From assembly GCA_965207975.1 (NCBI GenBank), contig OZ242315.1:6303322-6367321 (forward strand): 64,000 nt of DNA, given 5' to 3'. Position 1 is the first letter of the stretch, and each line of letters begins with the position of its first letter. Below, in pieces: positions 35,417 through 44,847 of the stretch. Source of the DNA: Candidatus Poribacteria bacterium (lineage in GTDB: Bacteria; Poribacteria; WGA-4E; PCPOR2b). The position numbers and the translations under genes were made by a program. The notes below the pieces were generated by a model that saw only the letters and a list, made by a program, of their open reading frames with translations, ran no database searches and had not been told where the DNA came from.

Positions 35417-35529
35417 GATGGATCTCCAACGCTATGTTGAGGAGGTATTGTATACCAACGTGGTGAGATAATCTCACATATTTACTAGGTGATAGGTTTG
35501 CCTCCGGCTTTTTGCGTTTTTGACATCTA

Positions 35530-36474
35530 CTAGGTTGTATAAAGAGTCACAATATCCATGTCCGACAGAGCATGTCCTTTTCCAACCTGCTGACCGGGAA
35601 ATTTCACGGAGTTTCCCCAAACTTTGGCGTATTTCAACTTTTGGGCAATATCTTTGTGAATCTTGTCTGCAAAATGTTCTATGGTGCTATTAGCAGGGAT
35701 TATCACCGGTTTCTCATCTGGTGTATTTCCGGCCTGATTTGAACGTGGGAATACACGAATGAACCCTGTGACTGCTCGCATGGCTTCTTTTAGTGCTTCA
35801 AGGTGCAAGTTCTGCTCTGCAGAGACCGCAACACTTTTGAATTGAGCAAATCGCATCTGTACCGCTTTTAAACGGCTATCGGAATCGGGCGCATCCATTT
35901 TTGTGTATACAATTAACAACGGTTGGGGTAATTTCGTTTTAGACAATTCTTCTAGAATGATGTCCAATTGTTGTGGATCAGCAGTCAGATCATGTGCGAT
36001 CATTAAACCGTCGGCGTTAGCTGCCACACTGAGTAAGGCTTGTCCTCGTCCTCGACCTTCCGCGGCTCCTGTAATTAGGCCGGGGATTTCAACCAATTGA
36101 ATCCACAGTCCACTGCAATCGACTCTCGCTGGTATGGGTTTCAAGGTGGTGAAGGCGTAGTCAGCAACTTTTATCTGCCTGCGAGAGAGTGCCTTGAGCA
36201 ATGCGGACTTTCCGGCGTTGGGTGCACCCACCAGTGCCATCTGAAAGTGTCCTTCTTTCTCAACAGCCAGAGTGTCCTTGTGTTGCACCTTTGACCGCTT
36301 TTGCTGCTGTTGAATTTCTTCGTTGAGTGATTTACGAAGGTCAGCATAGGGTCCACTGCGATAATTAGGTAACTCCTCAAGAAGTCGATGGAGTTCCTCC
36401 TGCTTTTCCTTACCCACCTTTCCCTTCAATCGCCTTTTGATTTTCTGCTTCATCACTTTGTGAGACATTGGCAT
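35530..36474 (-). CDS. DRG/Rbg-type (Obg-superfamily) GTPase with C-terminal TGS domain
   Basis: Track ORF starts at a TTG at 36501. The ATG at 36474 follows GGAGA. G1 GAPNAGKSALL, G2 FTTL, G3 VEIPG. The C-terminus KYAKVWGNSVKFPGQQVGKGHALSDMDIVTLY matches the TGS tail of DRG-type GTPases. Confidence 0.8.
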   Translation of the reverse strand: MPMSHKVMKQKIKRRLKGKVGKEKQEELHRLLEELPNYRSGPYADLRKSLNEEIQQQQKRSKVQHKDTLAVEKEGHFQMALVGAPNAGKSALLKALSRRQIKVADYAFTTLKPIPARVDCSGLWIQLVEIPGLITGAAEGRGRGQALLSVAANADGLMIAHDLTADPQQLDIILEELSKTKLPQPLLIVYTKMDAPDSDSRLKAVQMRFAQFKSVAVSAEQNLHLEALKEAMRAVTGFIRVFPRSNQAGNTPDEKPVIIPANSTIEHFADKIHKDIAQKLKYAKVWGNSVKFPGQQVGKGHALSDMDIVTLYTT

Positions 36475-36800
36475 AGTGTATTCTCCATATCTGGAAATCA
36501 AAAGTATGGTTTAAGCAAATGAAACTCGCGTCAGGAACAAAAATTCAGATGTATTCAATCCTTAGATTCGACACTGGGAGTTGTGCTCCAAAATAAGGTT
36601 TCTACGCTGAAATTTCCGCGATTATCTTATCAGTGTTTTATCAATTTTACAACAAAAATACAATCAGACTGCCATTCCATTGTTTTATCGCCAAATTTTG
36701 GGAAAGAGTGGTATAATGAATATACAAAACTCCTCAATTGACACCTATCTGGTGTTTATGCATCATAAAAAACTCGGTATACTACAATGGAGGTGCTTTT

Positions 36801-37826
36801 ATGCCATTTGGAGGCAATGACTGGCTTGCTTTAACCCCGGAACCGACCTTGGAGCCGGAGATTCCTATCTGTGATCCCCATCACCATTTCTGGGACTTTC
36901 GGACAGAGCGGGTTCCTTATCAACGTTACCTACTGCATGAGCTAGCCGATGACGTGAACAGTGGTCATAACGTGCGTTCAACAGTGTTTGTTGAAGCAAG
37001 AGCGATGTACCGCGCTGACGGACCGGAGGAGATGCGTCCCGTGGGCGAAGTTGAATTTGTGCAGGGGTTGGCAGCCGCTAGTGCGAGCGGATTATACGGA
37101 CCTTGCCGGGCTGCAGCAGCAATCGTCGGCCACGCCAACCTGAACCTAGGGGAGCGGGTTGAACCGGTACTTCAGGCATTGCAGGCAGCGAGTCCCAACC
37201 GCTTTCGTGGCATCCGCCACGCCGTAACGTGGGATCCCCATCCAGAGGTCGAAAACACGAGTGCTCACAGAATGCAGGGACAGTTGGCTACCGATAATTT
37301 TCGGGCGGGTGCACGGGTGCTAGCAGGTATGGGGCTGTCCTTTGAGGCTTGGATGTACTTCCCGCAGCTGCCCGAATTGGCGGATTTTGCCAAAGCAGTG
37401 CCTGACTTGACGATTATTCTTAACCATATTGGTGGCTTGCTACGGGTCGGTCCTTATGCCAATCGTGACGATGAGGTCCTTGCTACTTGGCGGAACGGTA
37501 TCGCTGCTGTGGCAGAATGTCCCAATGTCACCGTCAAGCTAGGAGGTATCGGAATGCCCCGTACAGGTTTTGACTGGCACGCCCGAACCACACCCGCCGG
37601 CTCGGAAGAGCTTGCATCGGATATGGCACCCTTGATGAATTACTGCATTGAGCAGTTCGGTCCTGACCGGTGTATGTTTGAGAGCAATTTCCCGGTGGAT
37701 AAGGTCTCTTATTCTTACCACGTGATGTATAACGCTTTCAAACGTTTATCATCAGGTTACTCCGTTGAGGAGCGAGCTGCCATGTTTCATGATACCGCTG
37801 CTCGTGTATATCAGATAGATCTGTAA
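36801..37826 (+). CDS. Amidohydrolase-2 family protein (lactonase/decarboxylase type)
   Basis: ATG at 36801 after GGAGG. ICDPHHHFWD metal-binding HxH motif. The track ORF starts earlier, at 36738. Confidence 0.85.
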   Translation: MPFGGNDWLALTPEPTLEPEIPICDPHHHFWDFRTERVPYQRYLLHELADDVNSGHNVRSTVFVEARAMYRADGPEEMRPVGEVEFVQGLAAASASGLYGPCRAAAAIVGHANLNLGERVEPVLQALQAASPNRFRGIRHAVTWDPHPEVENTSAHRMQGQLATDNFRAGARVLAGMGLSFEAWMYFPQLPELADFAKAVPDLTIILNHIGGLLRVGPYANRDDEVLATWRNGIAAVAECPNVTVKLGGIGMPRTGFDWHARTTPAGSEELASDMAPLMNYCIEQFGPDRCMFESNFPVDKVSYSYHVMYNAFKRLSSGYSVEERAAMFHDTAARVYQIDL

Positions 37827-37856
37827 GCTAACGATAACGGTTTGGAACTGTTAATA

Positions 37857-37884
37857 ACGTGAAACGTGATGCGTGATGCGTAAA
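37857..37884. repeat. Tandem heptamer array (RCGTGAW)x4
   Basis: ACGTGAA ACGTGAT GCGTGAT GCGTAAA. Related arrays at 46982..47002, 60843..60863 and, in inverse orientation, at several places in 14158..14410. Confidence 0.85.
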
Positions 37885-37928
37885 AAGTTGGGGCATGAAA
37901 TAGTGACCCCTTGAACGATGAGGATATT

Positions 37929-39623
37929 ATGCAAATTAAAAATCCGTCAGGCATCAAAAGCGGCTTAACAAACTACGGAGATCCAGAGTTCAGCGTCTAC
38001 ATCCGTAAAGCATTCGCGAAAGCGATGGGATATTCGGATCAGGAGTTGGAGCGTCCGATTGTTGGCATCATCAACACCTTCAGCGGTTTTAATAGCTGCC
38101 ACCACAATTTTGCCGACCTTATCGAAGCGGTAAAGCGAGGCGTGCTGTCTCACGGTGGGCTGCCGATTGAATTCCCGACGATTTCGCTGGGAGAGATGTT
38201 TACAGCACCGACCACGATGATGTTTCGCAACCTGATGGCGATGGATACAGAGGAGATGATCCGCGCCCAACCGATGGACGGTGTTGTCCTATTAGGGGGG
38301 TGCGATAAGACAGTTCCCGCTCAGTTGATGGGGGCAGTGAGTGCAGATCGTCCGGCGATCTGTCTGGTTGCGGGACCGATGATCACTGGGGATTATCAGG
38401 GACAACGACTTGGGGCTTGCACCGACTGCCGTCGATTCTGGGGTGAGTATCGCGCTGGACGTTTGAACGAAGACGAGCTGGCTGAGGTCGAGAGTCGGTT
38501 GTGTTCTAGCACAGGAACTTGTATGGTGATGGGCACCGCTAGCACGATGGCGGCCTTGGCGGAGGCACTCGGACTGATGTTACCCGGCGGTGCTGCGATC
38601 CCTGCGGTGATGTCGGAACGGCGGCGTCATGCAGAAGCGGCGGGTAGGACCATTGTTTCAATGATTAAGAATGATCTCCGTCCGTCGAAGATTTTGACAG
38701 AACGGTCTTTCGAGAACGCCATCCGTCTCCTGATGGCAATCGGCGGCTCAACAAATGGTGTCATCCACTTGACAGCGATTGCGCGGCGACTCGGCATCAA
38801 GCTTAAACTTACTGATTTTGATCGGATCAGCGATGAGACTCCGGTCATGGTGAATCTCAAACCGAGCGGTGCGTATTATATGGAGGATCTCTTTAAGGCG
38901 GGTGGAATCCCTGTGGTGATGAAGGCACTCGAAGATGTTCTCCACCGAGATGCCCAGACGGTGTTGGGGAGTACCATTGGAGAGAATCTCTCGACGGTGC
39001 CTCAGCCGGCAGTGTGGCAGGATGTCATCAAGCCCAGAACGGCACCGCTGTTTGAATCCGGCACGCTTGCCAGTCTCTATGGGAACTTGGCACCGCAGGG
39101 GGCGGTGATTAAGCGTTCGGCTGCTTCTCCCGATCTATTGACGCATCGGGGTCCGGCGGTCGTCTTTAAGTCGTTGGAAGATTTACACAACCGTATTGAT
39201 GATCCCAATTTGCCGGTTACTAAAGATCATGTCATCGTCCTGCAGAATGCGGGCCCCATCGGTGGTCCGGGGATGCCGGAGGCAGGCTATCTCCCGATCC
39301 CGAAAAAACTCTTGCGGGCTGGCGTTAAAGATATGGTTCGCATCTCCGACGCTCGGATGAGTGGGACGGCGTTCGGCACGATTGTGCTTCACATCGCTCC
39401 TGAAGCGGCTATCGGGGGACCGCTGGCGTTGGTGGAGGATGGCGATCTGATTGAGTTGGATGTGCCAAACAAACGGTTGGAATTGCTAGTTGATAACGTA
39501 GTATTGGCAAAGCGGAAGGAGCAGCTTGTTTTGCCTGAACCGCACTTCCAGCGGGGCTATGGGTTGTTATACACTCAGCACATCGAACAGGCACATTTGG
39601 GCTGTGATTTTGATTTCCTTTGA
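37929..39623 (+). CDS. IlvD/Edd family dehydratase (sugar-acid / dihydroxy-acid dehydratase)
   Basis: Track ORF from a TTG at 37911; ATG at 37929. Family motifs CDKTVPAQLMG, GTCMVMGTASTM and SDARMSGTAFG. Confidence 0.9.
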   Translation: MQIKNPSGIKSGLTNYGDPEFSVYIRKAFAKAMGYSDQELERPIVGIINTFSGFNSCHHNFADLIEAVKRGVLSHGGLPIEFPTISLGEMFTAPTTMMFRNLMAMDTEEMIRAQPMDGVVLLGGCDKTVPAQLMGAVSADRPAICLVAGPMITGDYQGQRLGACTDCRRFWGEYRAGRLNEDELAEVESRLCSSTGTCMVMGTASTMAALAEALGLMLPGGAAIPAVMSERRRHAEAAGRTIVSMIKNDLRPSKILTERSFENAIRLLMAIGGSTNGVIHLTAIARRLGIKLKLTDFDRISDETPVMVNLKPSGAYYMEDLFKAGGIPVVMKALEDVLHRDAQTVLGSTIGENLSTVPQPAVWQDVIKPRTAPLFESGTLASLYGNLAPQGAVIKRSAASPDLLTHRGPAVVFKSLEDLHNRIDDPNLPVTKDHVIVLQNAGPIGGPGMPEAGYLPIPKKLLRAGVKDMVRISDARMSGTAFGTIVLHIAPEAAIGGPLALVEDGDLIELDVPNKRLELLVDNVVLAKRKEQLVLPEPHFQRGYGLLYTQHIEQAHLGCDFDFL

Positions 39624-39663
39624 TTATACCTTTGCTATCAAATTATTGAGGGAGAAAAACAGA

Positions 39664-40032
39664 ATGCTTGAAGAACAGTATCAAAAAGGTGTGGAACAAT
39701 TTTCAAAAATGGTTGGCACAGATAAAATAGACGAATTGAGGGAGAAATTTAGGTCGTTATCTCCGGATTTTGAAAGGTGTGTGATGGGAGTTGTCGGTGG
39801 TGAGATTTGGAGCCGTCCCAACTTAGATTTAAGAACACGGAGTCTTTGTAGCATTGCGATTTTAGCGGCGTTGGGTCGAGTGAATGCCCTGGAACTGAAC
39901 GTTCAGATGGCATTGAATAACGGTGCAACGAAGGCTGAAATCGTTGAGGTCTTTTTTCAGGTTGCCGCGTATGCTGGTTTTGCGGCGGCATGGGACGGGT
40001 TAGAAAAAGTCAATGAGATCTTCAAAGGATAG
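39664..40032 (+). CDS. Carboxymuconolactone decarboxylase (CMD/AhpD-like) family protein
   Basis: ATG at 39664 (MLEEQYQKG). GEIWSRPNLDLRTRSLCSIAILAALGR...NNGATKAEIVEVFFQVAAYAGF is typical of CMD. The track ORF 39526..40032 overlaps the previous gene. Confidence 0.8.
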   Translation: MLEEQYQKGVEQFSKMVGTDKIDELREKFRSLSPDFERCVMGVVGGEIWSRPNLDLRTRSLCSIAILAALGRVNALELNVQMALNNGATKAEIVEVFFQVAAYAGFAAAWDGLEKVNEIFKG

Positions 40033-40062
40033 GTTACCTATGTTTAAGGAAAGGGAATTTTG

Positions 40063-41223
40063 ATGAGCCAACCAATTCGTGTTGCGATCCTCGGTCTTGG
40101 ACAACGCGGACTTCAGCATTTGAAAGCCCTTTGGAAACTCCAAGGCGAGGGGCTTGCCAAAATTACGGCGTTAATTGACGTTTTTGAGGACAATCTTGCG
40201 GAGGCGAAGATCCAGAAATATGTAGAGGGATTTCAGATTGATGGCATCTACACCTCGACAGATTTCGGGGAAACGCTCGCAGAATTATCATTAGATGCGA
40301 TCTATTTCGCCTTACCGCCGGGGATACACAACGGCGAAATCATTCAAGCCGCGAATGCGGGGGTGCACATTTTTGCTGAGAAACCGATGAGCCTATATCT
40401 GGATGAAGCCATTGAAATGGAGCGTACGATACAGGAGAACGGCGTTATTTCCACAGCAGGGTTCCAGCAGCGGTACGATTCGCGTTATGAAGCTGTCCAC
40501 GACTTTCTCGCTGATAAACAGCCCGTAATGACCACCATGATAGTCAACGGTGCGCTTGAGGGCCATTCAATCAAGCATACCAAAACTGAAACATTGGGGG
40601 GACCCGCCAATCGGGTCTGGACAGCGAACTACGAGTGGTCTGGGGCGACCGTTGTGGAAGGGGGTATTCACCAAACAGATCTGATGCGGTATTGGTTTGG
40701 TGACATCTCATGGGTTGAGGCAAGTTATATCCACCGTGACGCATCGGACATCGTTGATGGCGGGAATAATCCGTATGCCTACAGTGTGAGATACGGCTTT
40801 GAGTGTGGCTGCATTGCCAATCTCATCCTGTCCCGTCTGCGCCAAACCTACTATAGCGATGGCTACGAGAGTATCCTCTGGACGCACGGACACCTGAAGT
40901 TTGAGGGGAACGATGTGGTCGCTTACTACTACGATGGTCCGTATCCACCAGCGCAAACACCGTCGCAGGAAGCGGTTCGGCATGTCCTTCCGCTGCCCCA
41001 CGGTGTCGATTCAACAGAGCAGATTAGCCGCGCTTTTCTCAGCGCGGTTGGCGCGGGCAATTCGGATCAACTTCGGAGTACCTTTGCGAGCAGCATGAAT
41101 AGCCTTGCGGCGGTGCTGGGTGCGAACGTCTCGGATCAGCTTGGGGGAGAGCGCGTATACCTGAAGGATTTTCTTGTGGATGGGAGGTACGATCGTTTCC
41201 GCCAGAAACCTACCAGCAGATAA
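40063..41223 (+). CDS. Gfo/Idh/MocA family oxidoreductase
   Basis: 387 aa. VAILGLGQRG Rossmann motif and AEKPMS (EKP motif). Confidence 0.85.
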   Translation: MSQPIRVAILGLGQRGLQHLKALWKLQGEGLAKITALIDVFEDNLAEAKIQKYVEGFQIDGIYTSTDFGETLAELSLDAIYFALPPGIHNGEIIQAANAGVHIFAEKPMSLYLDEAIEMERTIQENGVISTAGFQQRYDSRYEAVHDFLADKQPVMTTMIVNGALEGHSIKHTKTETLGGPANRVWTANYEWSGATVVEGGIHQTDLMRYWFGDISWVEASYIHRDASDIVDGGNNPYAYSVRYGFECGCIANLILSRLRQTYYSDGYESILWTHGHLKFEGNDVVAYYYDGPYPPAQTPSQEAVRHVLPLPHGVDSTEQISRAFLSAVGAGNSDQLRSTFASSMNSLAAVLGANVSDQLGGERVYLKDFLVDGRYDRFRQKPTSR

Positions 41224-41297
41224 GCCCGGTTGCCAAAAAGGGTAGCGAAATAGTTGTCCTAATCATGGGGCCTACTCGCACCGTAATGGGCTTCTTT

Positions 41298-42734
41298 CTA
41301 TCGTTGAGCCTTTGCAGGAAAAACGCATCGGAAACCAGTTTTCAAGACGCGCAAATCGGGATCAGCCTTAAAGCGATTGCTCACGGTTAGACTTGTTGGC
41401 CCACTGTCCCATGCACCACCACGCCAGACACGAGGGTCTCTTAAGTTGTGAAAATCGTCAGCCAAAGGAATCAATCTACCGGCAACAGGATTGTTTCTCC
41501 GACTCGTGGCATAGAAATCCCTATCGTATTCATCGAGGCACCATTCCCATACATTGCCTACCATATCGTACAAACCGTAGTCATTCTGGGGAAATCTCTT
41601 AACGGGTGCGGGCCAATACCATTCGTCGCGTTCCGCTTCTCCGCTATAATTGGCGTGGTCATGGCTCGGTTCATTCCCCCATGGATATCGTTGACCGATT
41701 CGACCACCTCGTGCGGCGTATTCCCATTCAGCCTCCGTTGGCAGCCGTTTGCCCGCCCATTTCGCGTATGCCATCGCGTCATGCCAACTCACATAAACGA
41801 CGGGGAAATGCGGTTTGATTAACTGCCCGGCCGGCCCCGGATTGTCCCAATGATATGGTGTCCTATGTCCGGTTGCCTCAACAAAAGCTTTATACCTATC
41901 GTTAGTAACCTCTGTCTCGTCCATGTAAAAGGTGTCAAGGTAGACCGTGTGGACCGGACGCTCATCGCTTTGGCCTGCTCCAAAATGATCCCCCATCTCA
42001 AATTCGCCGGCGGGAATCAAGCGCATGACGGCTCCATCTGTTTCAAAACGTATCTCTTGCTGAACTGCCACGGGGACCACTTTTTGATACGCCTTAATCT
42101 CAGGAACAGGTGCGTTGTTTTTCACAATGAGAGTAACAAGATAATTTCCCGGTTGAATATAAGTATGTTCAGCGGTCAATTTTTGACTATATTCGGTCTG
42201 TTCCCCATCCCCCCAGGCCCATTTCACAGAGATGCCGTAAAACGTATCTTTTGATTGACCTGCATCGACGATGATATGCCCATTCTCTAGATACCCTGCC
42301 TCTGTTAGATTAACTTCGCTAGTTAATTCAAATGTTGCAAGAAATTGATGGACAACAGCCTCCACTGTGATAGGCGGGACATTGGTAACATCACCATCCG
42401 AAAAGAGAAGCTGACCGTGTCCTTGATACACAACGATTTTGTCGTTTAAGACGAGCCGCATGTCTATGTCGACCAACAATTCTTCGTCGCGCGGCACCTC
42501 GTCAACTGTGACGTAAACTTTGTCCTTGTCTGTTTGGATAATCAGATCTTGTGCTGTCTTTATTGGCTTTATCCGCGGTCCCGCTAGCGTCACCTTGACC
42601 GTATAGGGTCCTTCCACCGTCACATTCTTGAGGAGAATGGGGATTTGTAACGAAGCTGTTTCTTCGGTGTCGTCACCACAGCCCGATAAAGATACGCTCA
42701 AGGTGATGATCAATAAGGTGATAATCACTTTCAT
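41298..42734 (-). CDS. Lipoprotein with PKD-like domain and formylglycine-generating-enzyme (SUMF1/FGE-sulfatase) domain
   Basis: ATG at 42734 gives MKVIITLLIITLSVSLSGC (lipobox). The C-terminal half has the FGE family pattern: RPVHTVYLDTFYMDETEVTN, RLPTEAEWEYAARGG, VGNVWEWCLDEY, RGGAW. Confidence 0.85.
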   Translation of the reverse strand: MKVIITLLIITLSVSLSGCGDDTEETASLQIPILLKNVTVEGPYTVKVTLAGPRIKPIKTAQDLIIQTDKDKVYVTVDEVPRDEELLVDIDMRLVLNDKIVVYQGHGQLLFSDGDVTNVPPITVEAVVHQFLATFELTSEVNLTEAGYLENGHIIVDAGQSKDTFYGISVKWAWGDGEQTEYSQKLTAEHTYIQPGNYLVTLIVKNNAPVPEIKAYQKVVPVAVQQEIRFETDGAVMRLIPAGEFEMGDHFGAGQSDERPVHTVYLDTFYMDETEVTNDRYKAFVEATGHRTPYHWDNPGPAGQLIKPHFPVVYVSWHDAMAYAKWAGKRLPTEAEWEYAARGGRIGQRYPWGNEPSHDHANYSGEAERDEWYWPAPVKRFPQNDYGLYDMVGNVWEWCLDEYDRDFYATSRRNNPVAGRLIPLADDFHNLRDPRVWRGGAWDSGPTSLTVSNRFKADPDLRVLKTGFRCVFPAKAQR

Positions 42735-43069
42735 AATTATACTCCTCAACAACGAATTGCCCCGTGCAAAAACAGAGTGCAATAGTTAGATATATGTGCT
42801 AAACTTTTGCGGGATAGGTTTCCAAATACTCATAAGAGTTAGATACTTCGGTAAGGAACAACGATTGTTGTTCCTTACAGTATCCAACTGCGTGAAGCGT
42901 AATAAAAAAAGGCATATACATTTACTCAATCGAACGTCTGTTGATTATCCATGAGAAATATATATGCCTTCTAATTTCGATGTGGATGGCAAAATATGCC
43001 AATGCCACTACAATCACTGTCGCAACGCTAATCAGGTCAATTCAGTATTCCGTTCTGAGGATTCTTGAC

Positions 43070-43270
43070 CTATCGTTGTCTAGAGTGAAAAGTGCGAATT
43101 TTATTTTTCCGTTGCCGTTTTAGTTCTAGGCGGCGGCGTTTTTCGCTCGGTTTCTCGTAGAAGCTGCGTCGTCTAATTTCCGTGACGATACCTGCCTTGC
43201 CGCAGATCTTCTTGAAGCGGGCTAATGCTCTATCAAGTGTTTCGTCCGGTTCTACTCTAACATGGATCAT
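43070..43270 (-). CDS. rpsU: 30S ribosomal protein S21
   Basis: 66 aa. LDRALARFKKICGKAGIVTEIRRRSFYEKPSEKRRR is the S21 signature. Confidence 0.9.
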   Translation of the reverse strand: MIHVRVEPDETLDRALARFKKICGKAGIVTEIRRRSFYEKPSEKRRRLELKRQRKNKIRTFHSRQR

Positions 43271-43591
43271 TGTATCAAACCTACCCCCCTTTCGATTCTT
43301 GGGATTTTAGCAACTAGTAACAGGTTGTGCAGAAAGTGTAACGCAGATGATCATGAATGCAAAATATCCTGCGTACCTGCCTTACCAAAATCTCAAGTAC
43401 GGTTTCTTAAAATTCTGTTTCCTATTATACCAATTTATTTTCTGATTCTCAATAGAAAAATTCGATACAGGCAATATTAATTCCAAAAAACGGGACGCGA
43501 CACACCGATGGATTAAGGTTTAGATCCAATTTTCGATGAGGTGTCAGTGGTTTCCAATTTTTTGGACTACGTGATTATTGAGGAGTATAAC

Positions 43592-44578
43592 ATGGCACTA
43601 AAATGGGGAGTGCTTGGCGCGGGAAGCGTTGCACAACGCCGGGCTATGCCGGCGATGACTAAAGCTGGAGATGCAGAGCTCCATGCTCTTCTTTCTAGAA
43701 ATGCAGAACGTGCCCAGCGGTTTGCGATAGCGTATGGTGCAAAGAAATATTACACAACGGTCAATGAACTTCTGTCAGACGAAGGGTTGGATGCGATTTA
43801 TGTGTCTACACCTGTGTATTTACATTGTGAGCAGGTCATCGCAGCTGCGGAACGCGGTTTCCATGTCCTCTGTGATAAACCGATGGCAATGAATACGGCG
43901 GAGTGCCAACGGATGATCGATGCTTGCCAAGCGAACGGTGTGCATCTACAGATCTGTTTTCTGTTCCGCTTCCACTCCTGTTTTCAGGGGATAAGAGACT
44001 GGGTGGCGGAGAACCGTTTGGGGCAAATTATCCAAGGACGAGTGCCGTTTCTCAAGCCTTTTCCGGTCCCGCCGGGGGCGTGGCGTGGTAACCCAGATCA
44101 GGGCGGCGGTGGCAGTCTGATGGATCTTGGGTCGCACGGAGTTGATCTCTTGCGTTATATCCTCGGAGAAGTGAGTCAGGTAAGTGCATTCTGTAATAGT
44201 GTGGTCCATGGGTACGATGTTGAAGAGACCGGGACGATTATGATGCGTTTTGAGAACGGTGCTCAGGGATTCGTTGACACCAGTTTCGCTGCTGCGGGGT
44301 GTGACCTTGTCATCGAAATCTACGGAACGGATGGGTGGGTGTGGGTCTACAATGATGATGGCTGGAAGATTAAACTCTCCGTCAACGGTGAGTCGCAGAT
44401 TATTGACTCTCAATTTGAAGATCTCTACCAATTGCAATTTGAGCATTTTGCACGGTGTGTGACGGAGGGAGAACAGCCGATTGTAACGGGGGTGGATGGG
44501 CTGCGTACCAATGAAATTCTTGCAGCTGCCTACGAATCGGATCGGACAGGAAAAGCCATTTCGTGTCCGGTGGACTAG
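43592..44578 (+). CDS. Gfo/Idh/MocA family oxidoreductase
   Basis: ATG at 43592 after GAGGAG (MALKWGVLGAGSVAQRR). CDKPMA (EKP-type motif). Confidence 0.9.
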   Translation: MALKWGVLGAGSVAQRRAMPAMTKAGDAELHALLSRNAERAQRFAIAYGAKKYYTTVNELLSDEGLDAIYVSTPVYLHCEQVIAAAERGFHVLCDKPMAMNTAECQRMIDACQANGVHLQICFLFRFHSCFQGIRDWVAENRLGQIIQGRVPFLKPFPVPPGAWRGNPDQGGGGSLMDLGSHGVDLLRYILGEVSQVSAFCNSVVHGYDVEETGTIMMRFENGAQGFVDTSFAAAGCDLVIEIYGTDGWVWVYNDDGWKIKLSVNGESQIIDSQFEDLYQLQFEHFARCVTEGEQPIVTGVDGLRTNEILAAAYESDRTGKAISCPVD

Positions 44579-44754
44579 GGCGTGTTGACATTCTGATGCT
44601 GCTCATTCGACAAACGCTGTAACCATCGGAGGATTCGGCAAATGTAGAGCAAACTGTTAGTTTGTGGGCTCCGATTTATCGGAGTCCTCCCCGATTGCAT
44701 CGGGACAGGCGGAACGGGATTGGGATCACAATCTAACAGATCGTGGTACAAAAG
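44576..44754. repeat. Repeat family G, copy 2 (expanded by two CCGAT hairpins)
   Basis: Same blocks as 11889..12016, including the identical 31-mer at 44724..44754. The loop between CTGTTAG and CTAACAG is enlarged by TCCGATTTATCGGA and CCCCGATTGCATCGGG hairpins. Confidence 0.8.
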
Positions 44755-44847
44755 ACCGCTTTTATGAAATAAGTTTTTGCAAAGGAGCCGTCTTGATGAA
44801 AAAGTGCGGCGACAAAATGGCACGATAGCAACAAAAAGAGAGATACG

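Noticed and set aside
42851-42878. Palindrome GTAAGGAACAACGATTGTTGTTCCTTAC, and an AAGGCATATA/TATATGCCTT pair (42909..42970), as a possible rpsU terminator
   Set aside because: The first palindrome has no flanking T-run on the relevant strand. The second has a T-run, but its loop of more than 40 nt is too large for a confident intrinsic terminator call.
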